Part shown: positions 26,391 to 35,596 of the stretch, in pieces
How positions within the stretch are numbered: position 1 is the first letter of the stretch
How the letters are laid out: each line of letters starts with the position of its first letter
NCBI GenBank assembly: GCA_902587545.1
Contig: CACILL010000001.1
Location: forward strand, 561,391 to 625,390
Direction: 5' to 3'
DNA from: an uncultured SAR86 cluster bacterium
GTDB taxonomy: Bacteria; Pseudomonadota; Gammaproteobacteria; Magnimaribacterales; AG-339-G14
DNA length: 64,000 nt
Program-made: the position numbers and the translations under genes
Notes under the pieces: model-generated
What the model was told of the DNA's origin: nothing
The model's input: only the letters and a program-made list of their open reading frames with translations
Databases searched by the model: none

Positions 26391-27584
26391 TTACTTCAAA
26401 GCTTTGACGGCCTTTTCAAATCTTTTAAAACCTTCTTCAATCTCTTTGTCTGAAATAATTAATGAAGGGGCGATTCTAATTGTGTTTTCTCCTGCAGCTT
26501 GGACTAATATCAATCCTTTTTTATAGCAGGCATCAATAAAGTCTTTTGCTTTTATTTTTTTAAAGTCGCAACAGATCCATAGGCCCGCTGATCTTACGTC
26601 TTCAAATAAATCAAATTTTTCTGATAATTTGTTTAATTGTTCATGAAAGTTTATTGTTTTTTTTATTACACCTTTTAAAACTTTTTGAGTGGAGACTATT
26701 TCTACAACTTTTTTTGCAACTTCGCAGGCAAGGGGATTTCCTCCGAAGGTACTGCCGTGAGTACCTGGTTGAAAAGCTTTAGCGATTTTGCCAGTCGTTA
26801 AGGTCGCTCCGATTGGTATTCCACCGCCAAGACCTTTTGCTAGAGTGGAAATATCTGGCTTAACACCATAACCCATATAGGCCATTAAAGTTCCTGTTCT
26901 TCCAATACCGCTTTGTACCTCATCAAATATCAACAGACAGTCTTTTTCATTAGCTAATTTTCTAAGACCTTCTAAGAAAGGATTTTCTGCTCTGATTATT
27001 CCCGACTCTCCCAGAATTGGTTCTACAAAAATAGCGGCGGTTTTTTTGGAAATAGTTTTTTTGACGGAGTTAAGATCATTAAATTTTGCTCTTTTGAAAC
27101 CTTGCAGAAGAGGACCAAAACCTGTTTTTTGGAATGTCGAATCACCGGCGGTTATATTCAACATTGATCTGCCATGAAAAGCATTCGTAAAAACAATGAT
27201 TTCATGTTTTTCTGGTTTGCCTTGGTCAAAATAATATTTTCTGGCTAATTTAATTGCTGCTTCATTTGCTTCATTTCCAGAATTGGAAAAAAATACCTTG
27301 TCGGCAAAAGTTTTTTCAGCAAGCATTCTGCTAAGCTCTAATGCTGGTTTGTTGTACAAATAATTACTCACATGCCAAAGTTTTGTTGATTGTTCTTTTA
27401 AAACTTTATTGAGTTGTGGATGAGAATGACCAAGACAAGTAACGGCAATACCTCCGCCAAAGTCGATGTAGTCTTTACCTTGTTCGTCCCACAGAACTGA
27501 CTTTTTACCCCTGACAGGAATAAATGCTGCCGGAGCATAATTCGGCATCAAGGAAGTTCTATTTATAGAATTAATCTTTGTCAT
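26391..27584 (-). CDS. argD: Acetylornithine/succinylornithine-type class III aminotransferase
   Basis: 397 aa. SNSGNEANEAAIKLAR, DEVQSGIGRTG and TLAKGLGGG (PLP Lys) motifs. Confidence 0.8.
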   Translation of the reverse strand: MTKINSINRTSLMPNYAPAAFIPVRGKKSVLWDEQGKDYIDFGGGIAVTCLGHSHPQLNKVLKEQSTKLWHVSNYLYNKPALELSRMLAEKTFADKVFFSNSGNEANEAAIKLARKYYFDQGKPEKHEIIVFTNAFHGRSMLNITAGDSTFQKTGFGPLLQGFKRAKFNDLNSVKKTISKKTAAIFVEPILGESGIIRAENPFLEGLRKLANEKDCLLIFDEVQSGIGRTGTLMAYMGYGVKPDISTLAKGLGGGIPIGATLTTGKIAKAFQPGTHGSTFGGNPLACEVAKKVVEIVSTQKVLKGVIKKTINFHEQLNKLSEKFDLFEDVRSAGLWICCDFKKIKAKDFIDACYKKGLILVQAAGENTIRIAPSLIISDKEIEEGFKRFEKAVKALK

Positions 27585-27587
27585 TTT

Positions 27588-27616
27588 TTGCTATTGATTA
27601 TTGAAAATATCATAAT
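27588..27616 (+). promoter_or_regulatory. Candidate promoter TTGCTA-N17-CATAAT for the DUF2244-like gene
   Basis: TTGCTA at 27588-27593, a 17-nt spacer, CATAAT at 27611-27616, in the 61-67-nt argD/DUF2244 divergent gap. Confidence 0.3.
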
Positions 27617-27651
27617 CTGAAAAGTTTTTTTCATAAAAAGGTATTTTGTTA

Positions 27652-28134
27652 ATGGTTATAACTGAACAAATTGATAATGGATATAGATTATCTTTGATGC
27701 CAAATAGTTCAATTTCTTGGCAGGGCAGTTTGTTATTTTTAGCGCTGATTTCATTTCCGATATCCATAATCGGTATTACTTTCTTTTTTTATGGTGCTCC
27801 GATTATTCTTCCCTTTGCAGGGTTGGAAATTTTAATCGTCGGGACAGCTCTATATGTTGTTTTTAAAAAAAGTTCAAAGAAGGAAGTCATAACACTTACC
27901 AAAGAAAAATTAACGATTGAAAAGGGTCGCTTTAGACCAGATTCAGTTTCGGAATTCATCAGGGAATGGTCATATGTTTTTGTTGAAAAACCGTCTCATC
28001 ATTGGTATCCAATTAAAATTGTCATATCCTCGAAGGGAGAAAAAATTCCTGTTGGGAATTTTCTAACCGAAGAGGAAAAAAAAGAATTTGTTAGCAGTTT
28101 GGAAGAAATAATCAGCGAATATCGAGCGGACTAA
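27652..28134 (+). CDS. DUF2244-like two-TM membrane protein
   Basis: The track ORF starts at TTG 27646; the ATG at 27652 has better spacing to AAAGG. The pattern matches my recollection of DUF2244: NSSISWQG, two TM helices with PFAGLE between them, and a C-terminal GNFLTEEEKKEF segment. Confidence 0.6.
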   Translation: MVITEQIDNGYRLSLMPNSSISWQGSLLFLALISFPISIIGITFFFYGAPIILPFAGLEILIVGTALYVVFKKSSKKEVITLTKEKLTIEKGRFRPDSVSEFIREWSYVFVEKPSHHWYPIKIVISSKGEKIPVGNFLTEEEKKEFVSSLEEIISEYRAD

Positions 28135-28135
28135 A

Positions 28136-29302
28136 TTACTTAGCTCTCTGATTGAAACGTCTGCCAATCATTGCTGAAGCAATATTTACTTTTTGAACAT
28201 CAATTGTTCCACCAGCAATTCCCCAGCCAAATGAATCTCTGACGCGTCTTTCCATTTTGTATTCTTTGTTGAATCCATAACCGCCCATTAGTTGCATCGC
28301 ATTCGTTGTGACTTCTCTTGCGATTTCATTGGCAAAACATTTTGCAGTACTTGATTCCAATATATCTGGCAAACCATTGGCGGCATTGAAGACTGCACGG
28401 TGAATCAAAAGTCTAGAAGCTTCCACTCTAATAAGCATGTCTGCAAGTTTGATTTGAACTGCTTGAAAATCAACCAATTGCTTACCAAATTGCTCCCTCT
28501 CTTGAACGTATTCTTTGACATAGTCTAAAGCTGCTGCTGCTTGAGATAGAGCCATTGTCGCATTCCCACATCTTTCTAAATCAAAGGTTTCCATTAATTT
28601 TTTAAACCCATCTTCAGGCTCAACCAACAAATTATCAATTGGAACCTCTACATTATCGAAGTAGATATCTGCAGATGGTATTCCACGCCAACCCATCAGG
28701 CTTTCACTATTTCCAAAAGTCAGACCGGGTGTATCGATATCAACAAAAACAGCGCCAATACCTTTTGCAGCAGGAGCATCAGACATTCGGGCATAAACTA
28801 CATAACCATCAGAATGACCGGCGCCTGAACACCAACGTTTGGTACCGTTGATTACGATTTTGTCTCCTTTGATTTCAGCTTTGGTTTTTAAATCGGTCAA
28901 ACCGGTTCCAGCATTGGGTTCTGACATACTTACAGCTACTACCATTTCACCTTTACAAACTTTGGGAATCACTCTTTTCTTTAATGCATCTGAACCAAAA
29001 TGCTCAATGACTTTTACAGGACCTGCATTTGCTTCAAATACTGGCCAACCTACTGCAGAAGATATCTTTCCAAATTCTTCAAGAACTATAATGGCATCAA
29101 GATTAGATAGGCCAAGTCCGCCGTAATCTGTTGGTGTATTGATTCCTAAAAAGCCCAATTCACCAATTTTTTTCAGCACATCCTTTGGTACAGGGTTAGC
29201 TGATTCTTCCATTTCATCAGCCAATGCTGTTAATTCTTTTTGAGCAAAATCTCTTGCGACTTTTTGCAACTCTAATTGTTCTGCCGTTAATTTAAAATCC
29301 AT
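28136..29302 (-). CDS. Acyl-CoA dehydrogenase
   Basis: ACAD three-domain layout (MSEPNAGTGLTDLKT, RWCSGAGHSD, catalytic-base region GGYGFNKEYKMERRVRD). Start moved from the GTG at 29323 to the ATG at 29302 (MDFKLTAEQ...). Confidence 0.88.
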   Translation of the reverse strand: MDFKLTAEQLELQKVARDFAQKELTALADEMEESANPVPKDVLKKIGELGFLGINTPTDYGGLGLSNLDAIIVLEEFGKISSAVGWPVFEANAGPVKVIEHFGSDALKKRVIPKVCKGEMVVAVSMSEPNAGTGLTDLKTKAEIKGDKIVINGTKRWCSGAGHSDGYVVYARMSDAPAAKGIGAVFVDIDTPGLTFGNSESLMGWRGIPSADIYFDNVEVPIDNLLVEPEDGFKKLMETFDLERCGNATMALSQAAAALDYVKEYVQEREQFGKQLVDFQAVQIKLADMLIRVEASRLLIHRAVFNAANGLPDILESSTAKCFANEIAREVTTNAMQLMGGYGFNKEYKMERRVRDSFGWGIAGGTIDVQKVNIASAMIGRRFNQRAK

Positions 29303-29330
29303 AATGAAAGGATAATTATACACATTGAGT

Positions 29331-29336
29331 TAAAAT
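29331..29336 (+). promoter_or_regulatory. -10 box TAAAAT, 7 nt before the thioesterase ATG
   Basis: TAAAAT-catcatc-ATG at 29331-29346; no SD. Confidence 0.35.
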
Positions 29337-29343
29337 CATCATC

Positions 29344-29760
29344 ATGACGGCAAAAAAATTTTCTACCCCTAAAGGCTACGAAAGTCTTAATCAAACCGAA
29401 GATCATATTGCAAATATTGGCCAAGGTTTTTACAAAAGAGATGAAGCAGGAGACTTGATAATGGCTTTTTGGGTAAGACCTGAAAACGGAAATTCTGGTG
29501 GAGTTGCTCATGGGGGAATGTTGATGAGTATTGCAGATTACTGTCTGTGCTCTGTTGCGATGGAATCAAAAGAAAATTATGCTGCAACCATAAGTTTTAG
29601 ATCGGAATTTGTAGCTCCTGCAAAGGTTGGCTCCTTGGTGGAAATATTTACTACGATTACCAAAGAGACAAGAAGTCTTGCTTTTGGACAAGGCTACATT
29701 GAATGTGAAGGGGAAATTGTTTTTAGTTTTTCTGGAATAGTAAAAAAGATAAAGAAATAA
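29344..29760 (+). CDS. PaaI/hotdog-fold acyl-CoA thioesterase
   Basis: 138 aa. AHGGMLMSIADYCL segment typical of PaaI/4HBT-type hotdog thioesterases. Divergent from the ACAD gene. Confidence 0.75.
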   Translation: MTAKKFSTPKGYESLNQTEDHIANIGQGFYKRDEAGDLIMAFWVRPENGNSGGVAHGGMLMSIADYCLCSVAMESKENYAATISFRSEFVAPAKVGSLVEIFTTITKETRSLAFGQGYIECEGEIVFSFSGIVKKIKK

Positions 29761-29761
29761 G

Positions 29762-31006
29762 TTAACTTAATTTCTTTTTTACTTTTATCTTTTTTAGTTC
29801 AGCAATATCAGGGAGGCCATTTACATATTTTATTGGTGCCTCTCCTTTAATAAGAGGACTTAAATATGTTTTTCCTGCTTGAGTAATTTCAAAACCATTT
29901 TTAGAAATAAATTTTTTAGGCATAGTTTTTTCAATATTAGCCACATTTTTTAGAGGCGCAGTTGCTATTTTCCATTTATAAGGTGAATCACTTGTTCTTT
30001 TAATAATCGGCATTAGAGCTGTCTTTCCAGCAATAGCTAGTTTCACCGCATGTTCTCCCACAGCATAAGCCTGATCTAGATCAGTTTTTGATGCTATGTG
30101 TCTTGCTGAGCGCTGAAGATAATCTGCTACTGCCCAGTGATTTTTTAATCCAATCTTTGAAATCATTCCAGCTAAAACAGGAGCTACTCCTCCAAGCTGT
30201 TTGTGACCAAAAGCGTCTGTTAACCCTGAGTCTGCTAAAAACTTCCCATTTTTTGTTTGAGTACCTTCTGAAGCGACAACGACACAATAGCCTTGCTCTT
30301 TAACAGTTTGTTTGACCTGAGTAATAAATTTAGTTTTCTCAAAAGGCACTTCGGGTAGCAAAATAATGTGAGGCGGATCACCTGCTTTAGTTGCAGCTAA
30401 ACAGGATGCTGCAGCAATCCATCCTGCATGTCTTCCCATGACTTCCAAAATGAAAACTTTCGTTGATGTTTCAGCCATGCTTTTCACGTCAAGTCCAGCT
30501 TCTAAAGTTGAAGTAGCAATGTATTTTGCAACTGAACCGAAGCCAGGTGAGCAATCTGTATAAGGCAAATCATTATCAACCGTTTTTGGTATCCCAACAC
30601 ATTTCAATGGAAACTTTAGCTTTTTTGCCATTTCAGATACCTTAAAAGTAGTATCTTGACTATCTCCTCCCCCGTTATAAAAAAAATATTCAATATCATG
30701 CGCAGCAAAAACTTCAAACAATCTCTCATATTCTTTCTTTTGCTTTATTGGATCCTGTAATTTAAATCTGCAAGAACCAAATGCTCCGCCAGGAGTTTGT
30801 TTCAGTTTTGCAATATTCGATTTAGTTTCTTTTGAAGTATCTATAAGTTCTTCGTTTAAAGCACCAAGAATGCCATTCTCCCCAGCAAGCACCTTGTGAA
30901 TTTTTTTCGATTTATTTACAGTCTCAATGACGCCACATGCAGATGCATTTATTACAGCTGTTACTCCGCCTGATTGAGCATAGAAGGCGTTTTTAACTTT
31001 TGTCAT
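29762..31006 (-). CDS. pfp: 6-phosphofructokinase, probably pyrophosphate-dependent
   Basis: 414 aa. SGGVTAVINAS and MGRHAGWIA motifs. GIPKTVDND carries Lys where ATP-PFKs have Gly (E. coli PGTIDND), the PPi-type signature. The first motif reads GGGDS and deviates from both the ATP and PPi consensus. Confidence 0.8.
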   Translation of the reverse strand: MTKVKNAFYAQSGGVTAVINASACGVIETVNKSKKIHKVLAGENGILGALNEELIDTSKETKSNIAKLKQTPGGAFGSCRFKLQDPIKQKKEYERLFEVFAAHDIEYFFYNGGGDSQDTTFKVSEMAKKLKFPLKCVGIPKTVDNDLPYTDCSPGFGSVAKYIATSTLEAGLDVKSMAETSTKVFILEVMGRHAGWIAAASCLAATKAGDPPHIILLPEVPFEKTKFITQVKQTVKEQGYCVVVASEGTQTKNGKFLADSGLTDAFGHKQLGGVAPVLAGMISKIGLKNHWAVADYLQRSARHIASKTDLDQAYAVGEHAVKLAIAGKTALMPIIKRTSDSPYKWKIATAPLKNVANIEKTMPKKFISKNGFEITQAGKTYLSPLIKGEAPIKYVNGLPDIAELKKIKVKKKLS

Positions 31007-31012
31007 TGAGGC

Positions 31013-31018
31013 AATATA
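31013..31018 (-). promoter_or_regulatory. -10 box TATATT, 6 nt before the pfp ATG (minus strand)
   Basis: The minus strand reads TATATT-gcctca-ATG (31018 down to 31004); no SD. Confidence 0.4.
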
Positions 31019-31046
31019 ACTGAAAAAAGGTTGTGTGGGAAAAGGA

Positions 31047-31052
31047 TATAAT
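31047..31052 (+). promoter_or_regulatory. -10 box TATAAT, 6 nt before the mpl ATG
   Basis: TATAAT-catcag-ATG at 31047-31061. An AAAGGA 12 nt upstream could be a poorly spaced SD, so this case is ambiguous. Confidence 0.35.
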
Positions 31053-31058
31053 CATCAG

Positions 31059-32402
31059 ATGAAAATATATGTTTTAGGTATTTGCGGAACTTTTATGGGA
31101 GGACTTGCACAGTTGGCAGCTGAAAAGGGCATTAAAGTTTCTGGCTGTGACGAGAATGTATATCCACCTATGGACCAAGTCTTACTTTCAAATGGCATTA
31201 AGATTGATGAAGGATACAATCCAAAAAATTTACCCAAAGATGTTGATTTGGTTGTTGTGGGAAATGTTATAGCGCGTGGTAACCCCATGATCGAAGAAAT
31301 ACTTAATAAAGGTATAGACTTCATTTCTGGCCCAGAGTTTTTATCAAAATACTTATTAGCCAAGAGACATGTGGTAGCTATAAGCGGAACTCATGGTAAA
31401 ACCTCCGTATCCTCAATGGTTACAAAAGTACTTCTAGATAATGGAGTAGATTGTGGTTACTTAATTGCTGGACGAGCGAAAGATTTAGATGCAACTGCTT
31501 CATTAGGAACTCATGAGTTTTTTGTCATAGAGGCTGACGAGTATGACACTGCTTTTTTTGATAAAAGATCGAAATTTATTCACTATCATCCTAAAACCCT
31601 TCTAATCAATAATCTTGAGTTTGATCATGCTGATATTTTTAGCAGCTTAAGCGATATTAAAAAGCAATTTCATCACCTATTGAGATTGATGTCTTCCAAA
31701 TCAACGTTAATTTTTCCTGAGCATAACATCAATATTAAAAATGTTATGAAAATGGGTTTTTACAGTCAAAGCCTTCCTTTCAATACTAAATTTGCCAGAG
31801 GCTGGCATGCCAAGAAAGTTACGGCAGATTCCTCTAAATTTGATATTTTTAAAGACAAAAAGAAAAAAGCGTCTATAAGTTGGTCGTCTATTGGCGAGCA
31901 TAGTCTACAAAATGGATTAGCCAGTTATCTGGTTTGTAAATCCTTAGGCTTGAAATCAAAGGATATTGCAGAGTCACTCTCAAAGTTTAAAGGAGTAACA
32001 AGAAGAATGGATCTGGTTGGGGATAAAAGCAGCGTCAAAGTTTATGACGACTTCGCACACCATCCGACTGCTATTAAATACACTCTTGAGGGCTTAAGAA
32101 AAAAAGTTGGAAGTGAGAAGATAATTTGCCTTTTGGAAATGCGGTCCAATACGATGCTTTCAGGATATCATGACAAAAAAATTCCAAAGGCCGTAGCTTC
32201 AGCCGATCAAGTCTTTATTTTTTCAAAAGATAAGAAGCAAATCTCTGCTCTTGAGAGCGGAAGTAAAAATATCGAAGCATGTTCCACTACGCAAGAATTT
32301 TTGAGAAAGCTTTCTAGCTTGGATTTAGACAATACCCACTTGATTTGTTTATCTAATGGTTCATTTGATGGTATCCATCAAGCCATTTTAGAAAGAATTT
32401 AA
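31059..32402 (+). CDS. mpl: UDP-N-acetylmuramate:L-Ala-gamma-D-Glu-meso-DAP ligase (murein peptide recycling)
   Basis: MKIYVLGICGTFMGGLAQLA aligns with the E. coli Mpl N-terminus MRIHILGICGTFMGGLA. Mur-ligase P-loop GTHGKTS. The ATG at 31059 is preferred over the track GTG at 31035. Confidence 0.9.
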   Translation: MKIYVLGICGTFMGGLAQLAAEKGIKVSGCDENVYPPMDQVLLSNGIKIDEGYNPKNLPKDVDLVVVGNVIARGNPMIEEILNKGIDFISGPEFLSKYLLAKRHVVAISGTHGKTSVSSMVTKVLLDNGVDCGYLIAGRAKDLDATASLGTHEFFVIEADEYDTAFFDKRSKFIHYHPKTLLINNLEFDHADIFSSLSDIKKQFHHLLRLMSSKSTLIFPEHNINIKNVMKMGFYSQSLPFNTKFARGWHAKKVTADSSKFDIFKDKKKKASISWSSIGEHSLQNGLASYLVCKSLGLKSKDIAESLSKFKGVTRRMDLVGDKSSVKVYDDFAHHPTAIKYTLEGLRKKVGSEKIICLLEMRSNTMLSGYHDKKIPKAVASADQVFIFSKDKKQISALESGSKNIEACSTTQEFLRKLSSLDLDNTHLICLSNGSFDGIHQAILERI

Positions 32403-33703
32403 TCTAAATTAATCCAACTTCCGTGAAATCCAAAAGGCACTCTTTGAGGCAAGGTTACTCTGGCAAGTGGCGCATCTGAAAAATTCTGTGCATCCAAAAT
32501 TACAAAATCGCTTAAATCAGTTGTTTTGTCATAAACAAATCCAACAACAAAACCGTCATCTTCTGATTTAGCATTTTTCCTGGGAATAAAAACCGGCTCA
32601 GCAGCTTGGCAACTTTCGCCAAAATCATGAGCGACGGTTTTTCTTTTTTCAAAATCATGTTTGAAATAGTTGTTAAGTCTTCCATCATTTAGTAAGTATC
32701 CAAAACGATGTTGTTTGCCATCAAAATCCGGATGCACTCTGGAAAATTCCATAGGCCTATCGTCTAACATTTCTTCGGAACATGTTTTAGTTTTTGGATC
32801 TAGAATCCATCTTGTGAGAAAAGGTTTTTGTCCCATGGGAAGAGGATTATCAAAATCAAACAGTCTTTCGTATCGACAAAAGTCTAAGATAACTTGGCCG
32901 TTGTCATCTTCATACGAATTAACTATGTGAAATAGAAACCCTGGATTAACCTCTATCCAGATAATTTCATCAGTTTTCTTGTTTTGCAATCCTACTCTGG
33001 AAGTATGTTTATCATTCCAGACCACTGGATAATCTCCACCAATAGGATTATTGTCATCGTCTCTTCTACCAAGATTAAACGTTACAGGCAGATCAAAAAT
33101 AAGAACATAATTTTTGGTAATGGCACAATCATGAACCATTGGTCTGCTTGGTGTTTCAATGATTTGATCTTTGATGAGTTTGCCGTTGCTATCTATAGTT
33201 ACATAATGAACTTGGCCTAATCCATTTACGTATTCCCCAAAATCGTAACTCACGGCATGCATTTCCCCAGTATCTGAATCAATTTTTGGATGGGCAGTAA
33301 ATCTTTTATTATCTGCTGCTGGAAATGGCTCTTCTTCAAGAAAATTCATCTCAGAGTCCATAATTACTGGAGATACTCCTCCCTCGACTAAGGCATAAAT
33401 TTTTTTGCCGTGTTTAAGCACATGAGTGTTAGGACCAAAACCAAAAGGTGAGGTCACAAATTTATTCTTATACCAAAGAGCCTTCCCATCTTCTACTCTT
33501 ATGCCATGAATCATTCCGTCGCCAAAAAAAGGATGATAATTTTCATGATTTATAGGCTCTTTTGGATTGGGTCCATTTCTGAGAAATAGACCTGATAGTT
33601 CTCTAGGTAATTCTCCTGAAATCTTTAATTCAGTTGTAGATGTTTCTTCTACCGGATACCAGTTTCCAGATAAAAATTTATTTTTACTTTCTCTTTTAGT
33701 CAT
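32399..33703 (-). CDS. Carotenoid/stilbene cleavage oxygenase (RPE65/CCD family)
   Basis: 434 aa. GDGMIHG motif and all four iron-ligand His contexts (FTAHPKID, MVHDCAIT, LFHIVNSYE, GFHGSW). Confidence 0.85.
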   Translation of the reverse strand: MTKRESKNKFLSGNWYPVEETSTTELKISGELPRELSGLFLRNGPNPKEPINHENYHPFFGDGMIHGIRVEDGKALWYKNKFVTSPFGFGPNTHVLKHGKKIYALVEGGVSPVIMDSEMNFLEEEPFPAADNKRFTAHPKIDSDTGEMHAVSYDFGEYVNGLGQVHYVTIDSNGKLIKDQIIETPSRPMVHDCAITKNYVLIFDLPVTFNLGRRDDDNNPIGGDYPVVWNDKHTSRVGLQNKKTDEIIWIEVNPGFLFHIVNSYEDDNGQVILDFCRYERLFDFDNPLPMGQKPFLTRWILDPKTKTCSEEMLDDRPMEFSRVHPDFDGKQHRFGYLLNDGRLNNYFKHDFEKRKTVAHDFGESCQAAEPVFIPRKNAKSEDDGFVVGFVYDKTTDLSDFVILDAQNFSDAPLARVTLPQRVPFGFHGSWINLD

Positions 33704-34295
33704 TTTTTTTATCCTCCCTTAAGTTCATTGGATCTTTATATACGGTATAAATTGTTATGACAAGAATGAATCCAATTAAGAAATAATTAAAATATTCTAT
33801 AAAAGCAACACCCAAAAAGTAGCCACTTAAGACATACAAAGAAGTCCATATTGGCGCAGATAAAATAGTTACAGGAAAAAAAACTCTTTTATTCATTCCC
33901 AAAGAACCTGCTGTAAAGGGCACTACGCATCTTAAAGGACCAAAAAACCTTCCTAGCGCGACACTTAAAACTCCATATTTGCCCATAAACTTTTGAGCCT
34001 GTTTTATATAGCCATGATAATTATCAGGCACCCAATCGTAGAGTTTGTTTCCAACTAATATGCCCAAGCCATAGCTGACAGTATCTCCAGCTACCATTCC
34101 CATAGTTGCGTAAAAAGTTATCTCAAAAGGACTTATTCCGACTGTTGCCGCAAGCGCTCCAACACCAGGAACAATTAATGTAGCTGGTGTAAACAAACCT
34201 GCAATGAAGAGGGATTCAATAAAAATCAACGCGAAAATAGTCCAATTCACCCAATCAGGATTTGTCTCTAAAAAAGAAAGGATAGAATCGAACAT
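33696..34295 (-). CDS. dedA: DedA-family inner-membrane protein
   Basis: 199 aa polytopic protein with a DedA/SNARE-associated pattern (GRFFGPLRCVVPFTAG). Its stop overlaps the CCD start by 8 nt (ATGACTAA). Confidence 0.8.
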   Translation of the reverse strand: MFDSILSFLETNPDWVNWTIFALIFIESLFIAGLFTPATLIVPGVGALAATVGISPFEITFYATMGMVAGDTVSYGLGILVGNKLYDWVPDNYHGYIKQAQKFMGKYGVLSVALGRFFGPLRCVVPFTAGSLGMNKRVFFPVTILSAPIWTSLYVLSGYFLGVAFIEYFNYFLIGFILVITIYTVYKDPMNLREDKKND

Positions 34296-34317
34296 AGGCA
34301 GATAATTAAATTATTGC

Positions 34318-34323
34318 AATAAT
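34318..34323 (+). promoter_or_regulatory. -10-like AATAAT, 7 nt before the proA ATG
   Basis: AATAAT-acagtac-ATG at 34318-34333; no SD. Confidence 0.3.
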
Positions 34324-34330
34324 ACAGTAC

Positions 34331-35593
34331 ATGAGTGCAAAAACATCCCTTTCAGAGTTAGATTTAATCTGCAAACAAGCTCAAGAAGCAAAGATTGATT
34401 TAAGGAGATCTTCGAAAGCAAAAAAAAATGACGCGCTAAAATATGCAGCAGAGTTTTTGTTTAAGAACAAAGCAAAGCTGATAGATGCAAATACCATAGA
34501 TATGGAATTGGCCAGTCAAAAAGACTTACAAGATTCATTTGTTGATCGACTTGAGATGAATGAAAAAAGAATAGATTCAATGATTTCTGGATTAGATAAA
34601 GTCATAAATTTAGATGATCCAGTAGGTCAAACCGAGCAACCCCACACCTCGCCATCTGGTTTCAAAGTATCAAAAATGCGTGTTCCTCTGGGCGTGATAG
34701 GGATAATTTATGAATCTCGTCCAAATGTTACAGCGGATGCATCTGCATTGTGCTTGAAATCTGGTAATGCATGTATCTTAAGAGGAGGATCTGAAGCAGC
34801 AAATTCTAATGCTGTAATTGAGGAGTGCATGCAAGACGGTTTGGATAAAGCATCATTGCCAAAATACTCTATTCAGCTTATTAAAAATCAAGATAGAAAG
34901 CTTGTAGGTGAAATGATTAAGCGGGAAGGGGAAATTGATTTATTAATCCCAAGGGGGGGAAAAAGTTTAATAAAAGTTGTTTCTGATGAAGCCAAAATTC
35001 CTGTGCTCAAACACTATGAAGGTTTATGTCATGTCTTCATCGATAAAGATGCTGATTTAAAAAAAGCCATAGAAATATCTGTAAACGCAAAAACATATCG
35101 TTACGGAATCTGCGGTACGATGGAGACTTTGTTAACTTCAGAAGAAGTAGCAGCAAAAGTTTTACCAGAGATCAAAGCCGAATTAGATAAGTTGGGTGTA
35201 GAACTAAGAGGCTGTGAAAAAACAAAAAAAATTATTGATGTTAAATCTGCTTCAGATGCAGATTGGATTACGGAGTATCTTGCCCCAATTCTTTCTGTGA
35301 AAGTCGTTACAGATCTTCAATCAGCAATCTCCCACATAAATATGTATGGCTCTGGCCACACCGACTCAATAGTTTCTGAGAATTTGTCGGCGGTAGAAAC
35401 TTTTTTCAATGAAGTAGACTCTTCTTCGGTTATGCATAATCTTCCTACTTGTTATGCAGATGGATTTGAGTATGGACTTGGAGCAGAAGTGGGAATATCC
35501 ACAGATAAGTTGCATGCCAGAGGGCCTGTTGGATTGGAAGGTTTAACAAGTCAGAAATTTGTAATTAAAGGTCAAGGACAACTTAGATCTTAA
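34331..35593 (+). CDS. proA: Gamma-glutamyl phosphate reductase
   Basis: 420 aa. IYESRPNVT and the catalytic-Cys region RYGICGTMETLL. Confidence 0.93.
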   Translation: MSAKTSLSELDLICKQAQEAKIDLRRSSKAKKNDALKYAAEFLFKNKAKLIDANTIDMELASQKDLQDSFVDRLEMNEKRIDSMISGLDKVINLDDPVGQTEQPHTSPSGFKVSKMRVPLGVIGIIYESRPNVTADASALCLKSGNACILRGGSEAANSNAVIEECMQDGLDKASLPKYSIQLIKNQDRKLVGEMIKREGEIDLLIPRGGKSLIKVVSDEAKIPVLKHYEGLCHVFIDKDADLKKAIEISVNAKTYRYGICGTMETLLTSEEVAAKVLPEIKAELDKLGVELRGCEKTKKIIDVKSASDADWITEYLAPILSVKVVTDLQSAISHINMYGSGHTDSIVSENLSAVETFFNEVDSSSVMHNLPTCYADGFEYGLGAEVGISTDKLHARGPVGLEGLTSQKFVIKGQGQLRS

Positions 35594-35596
35594 TTG

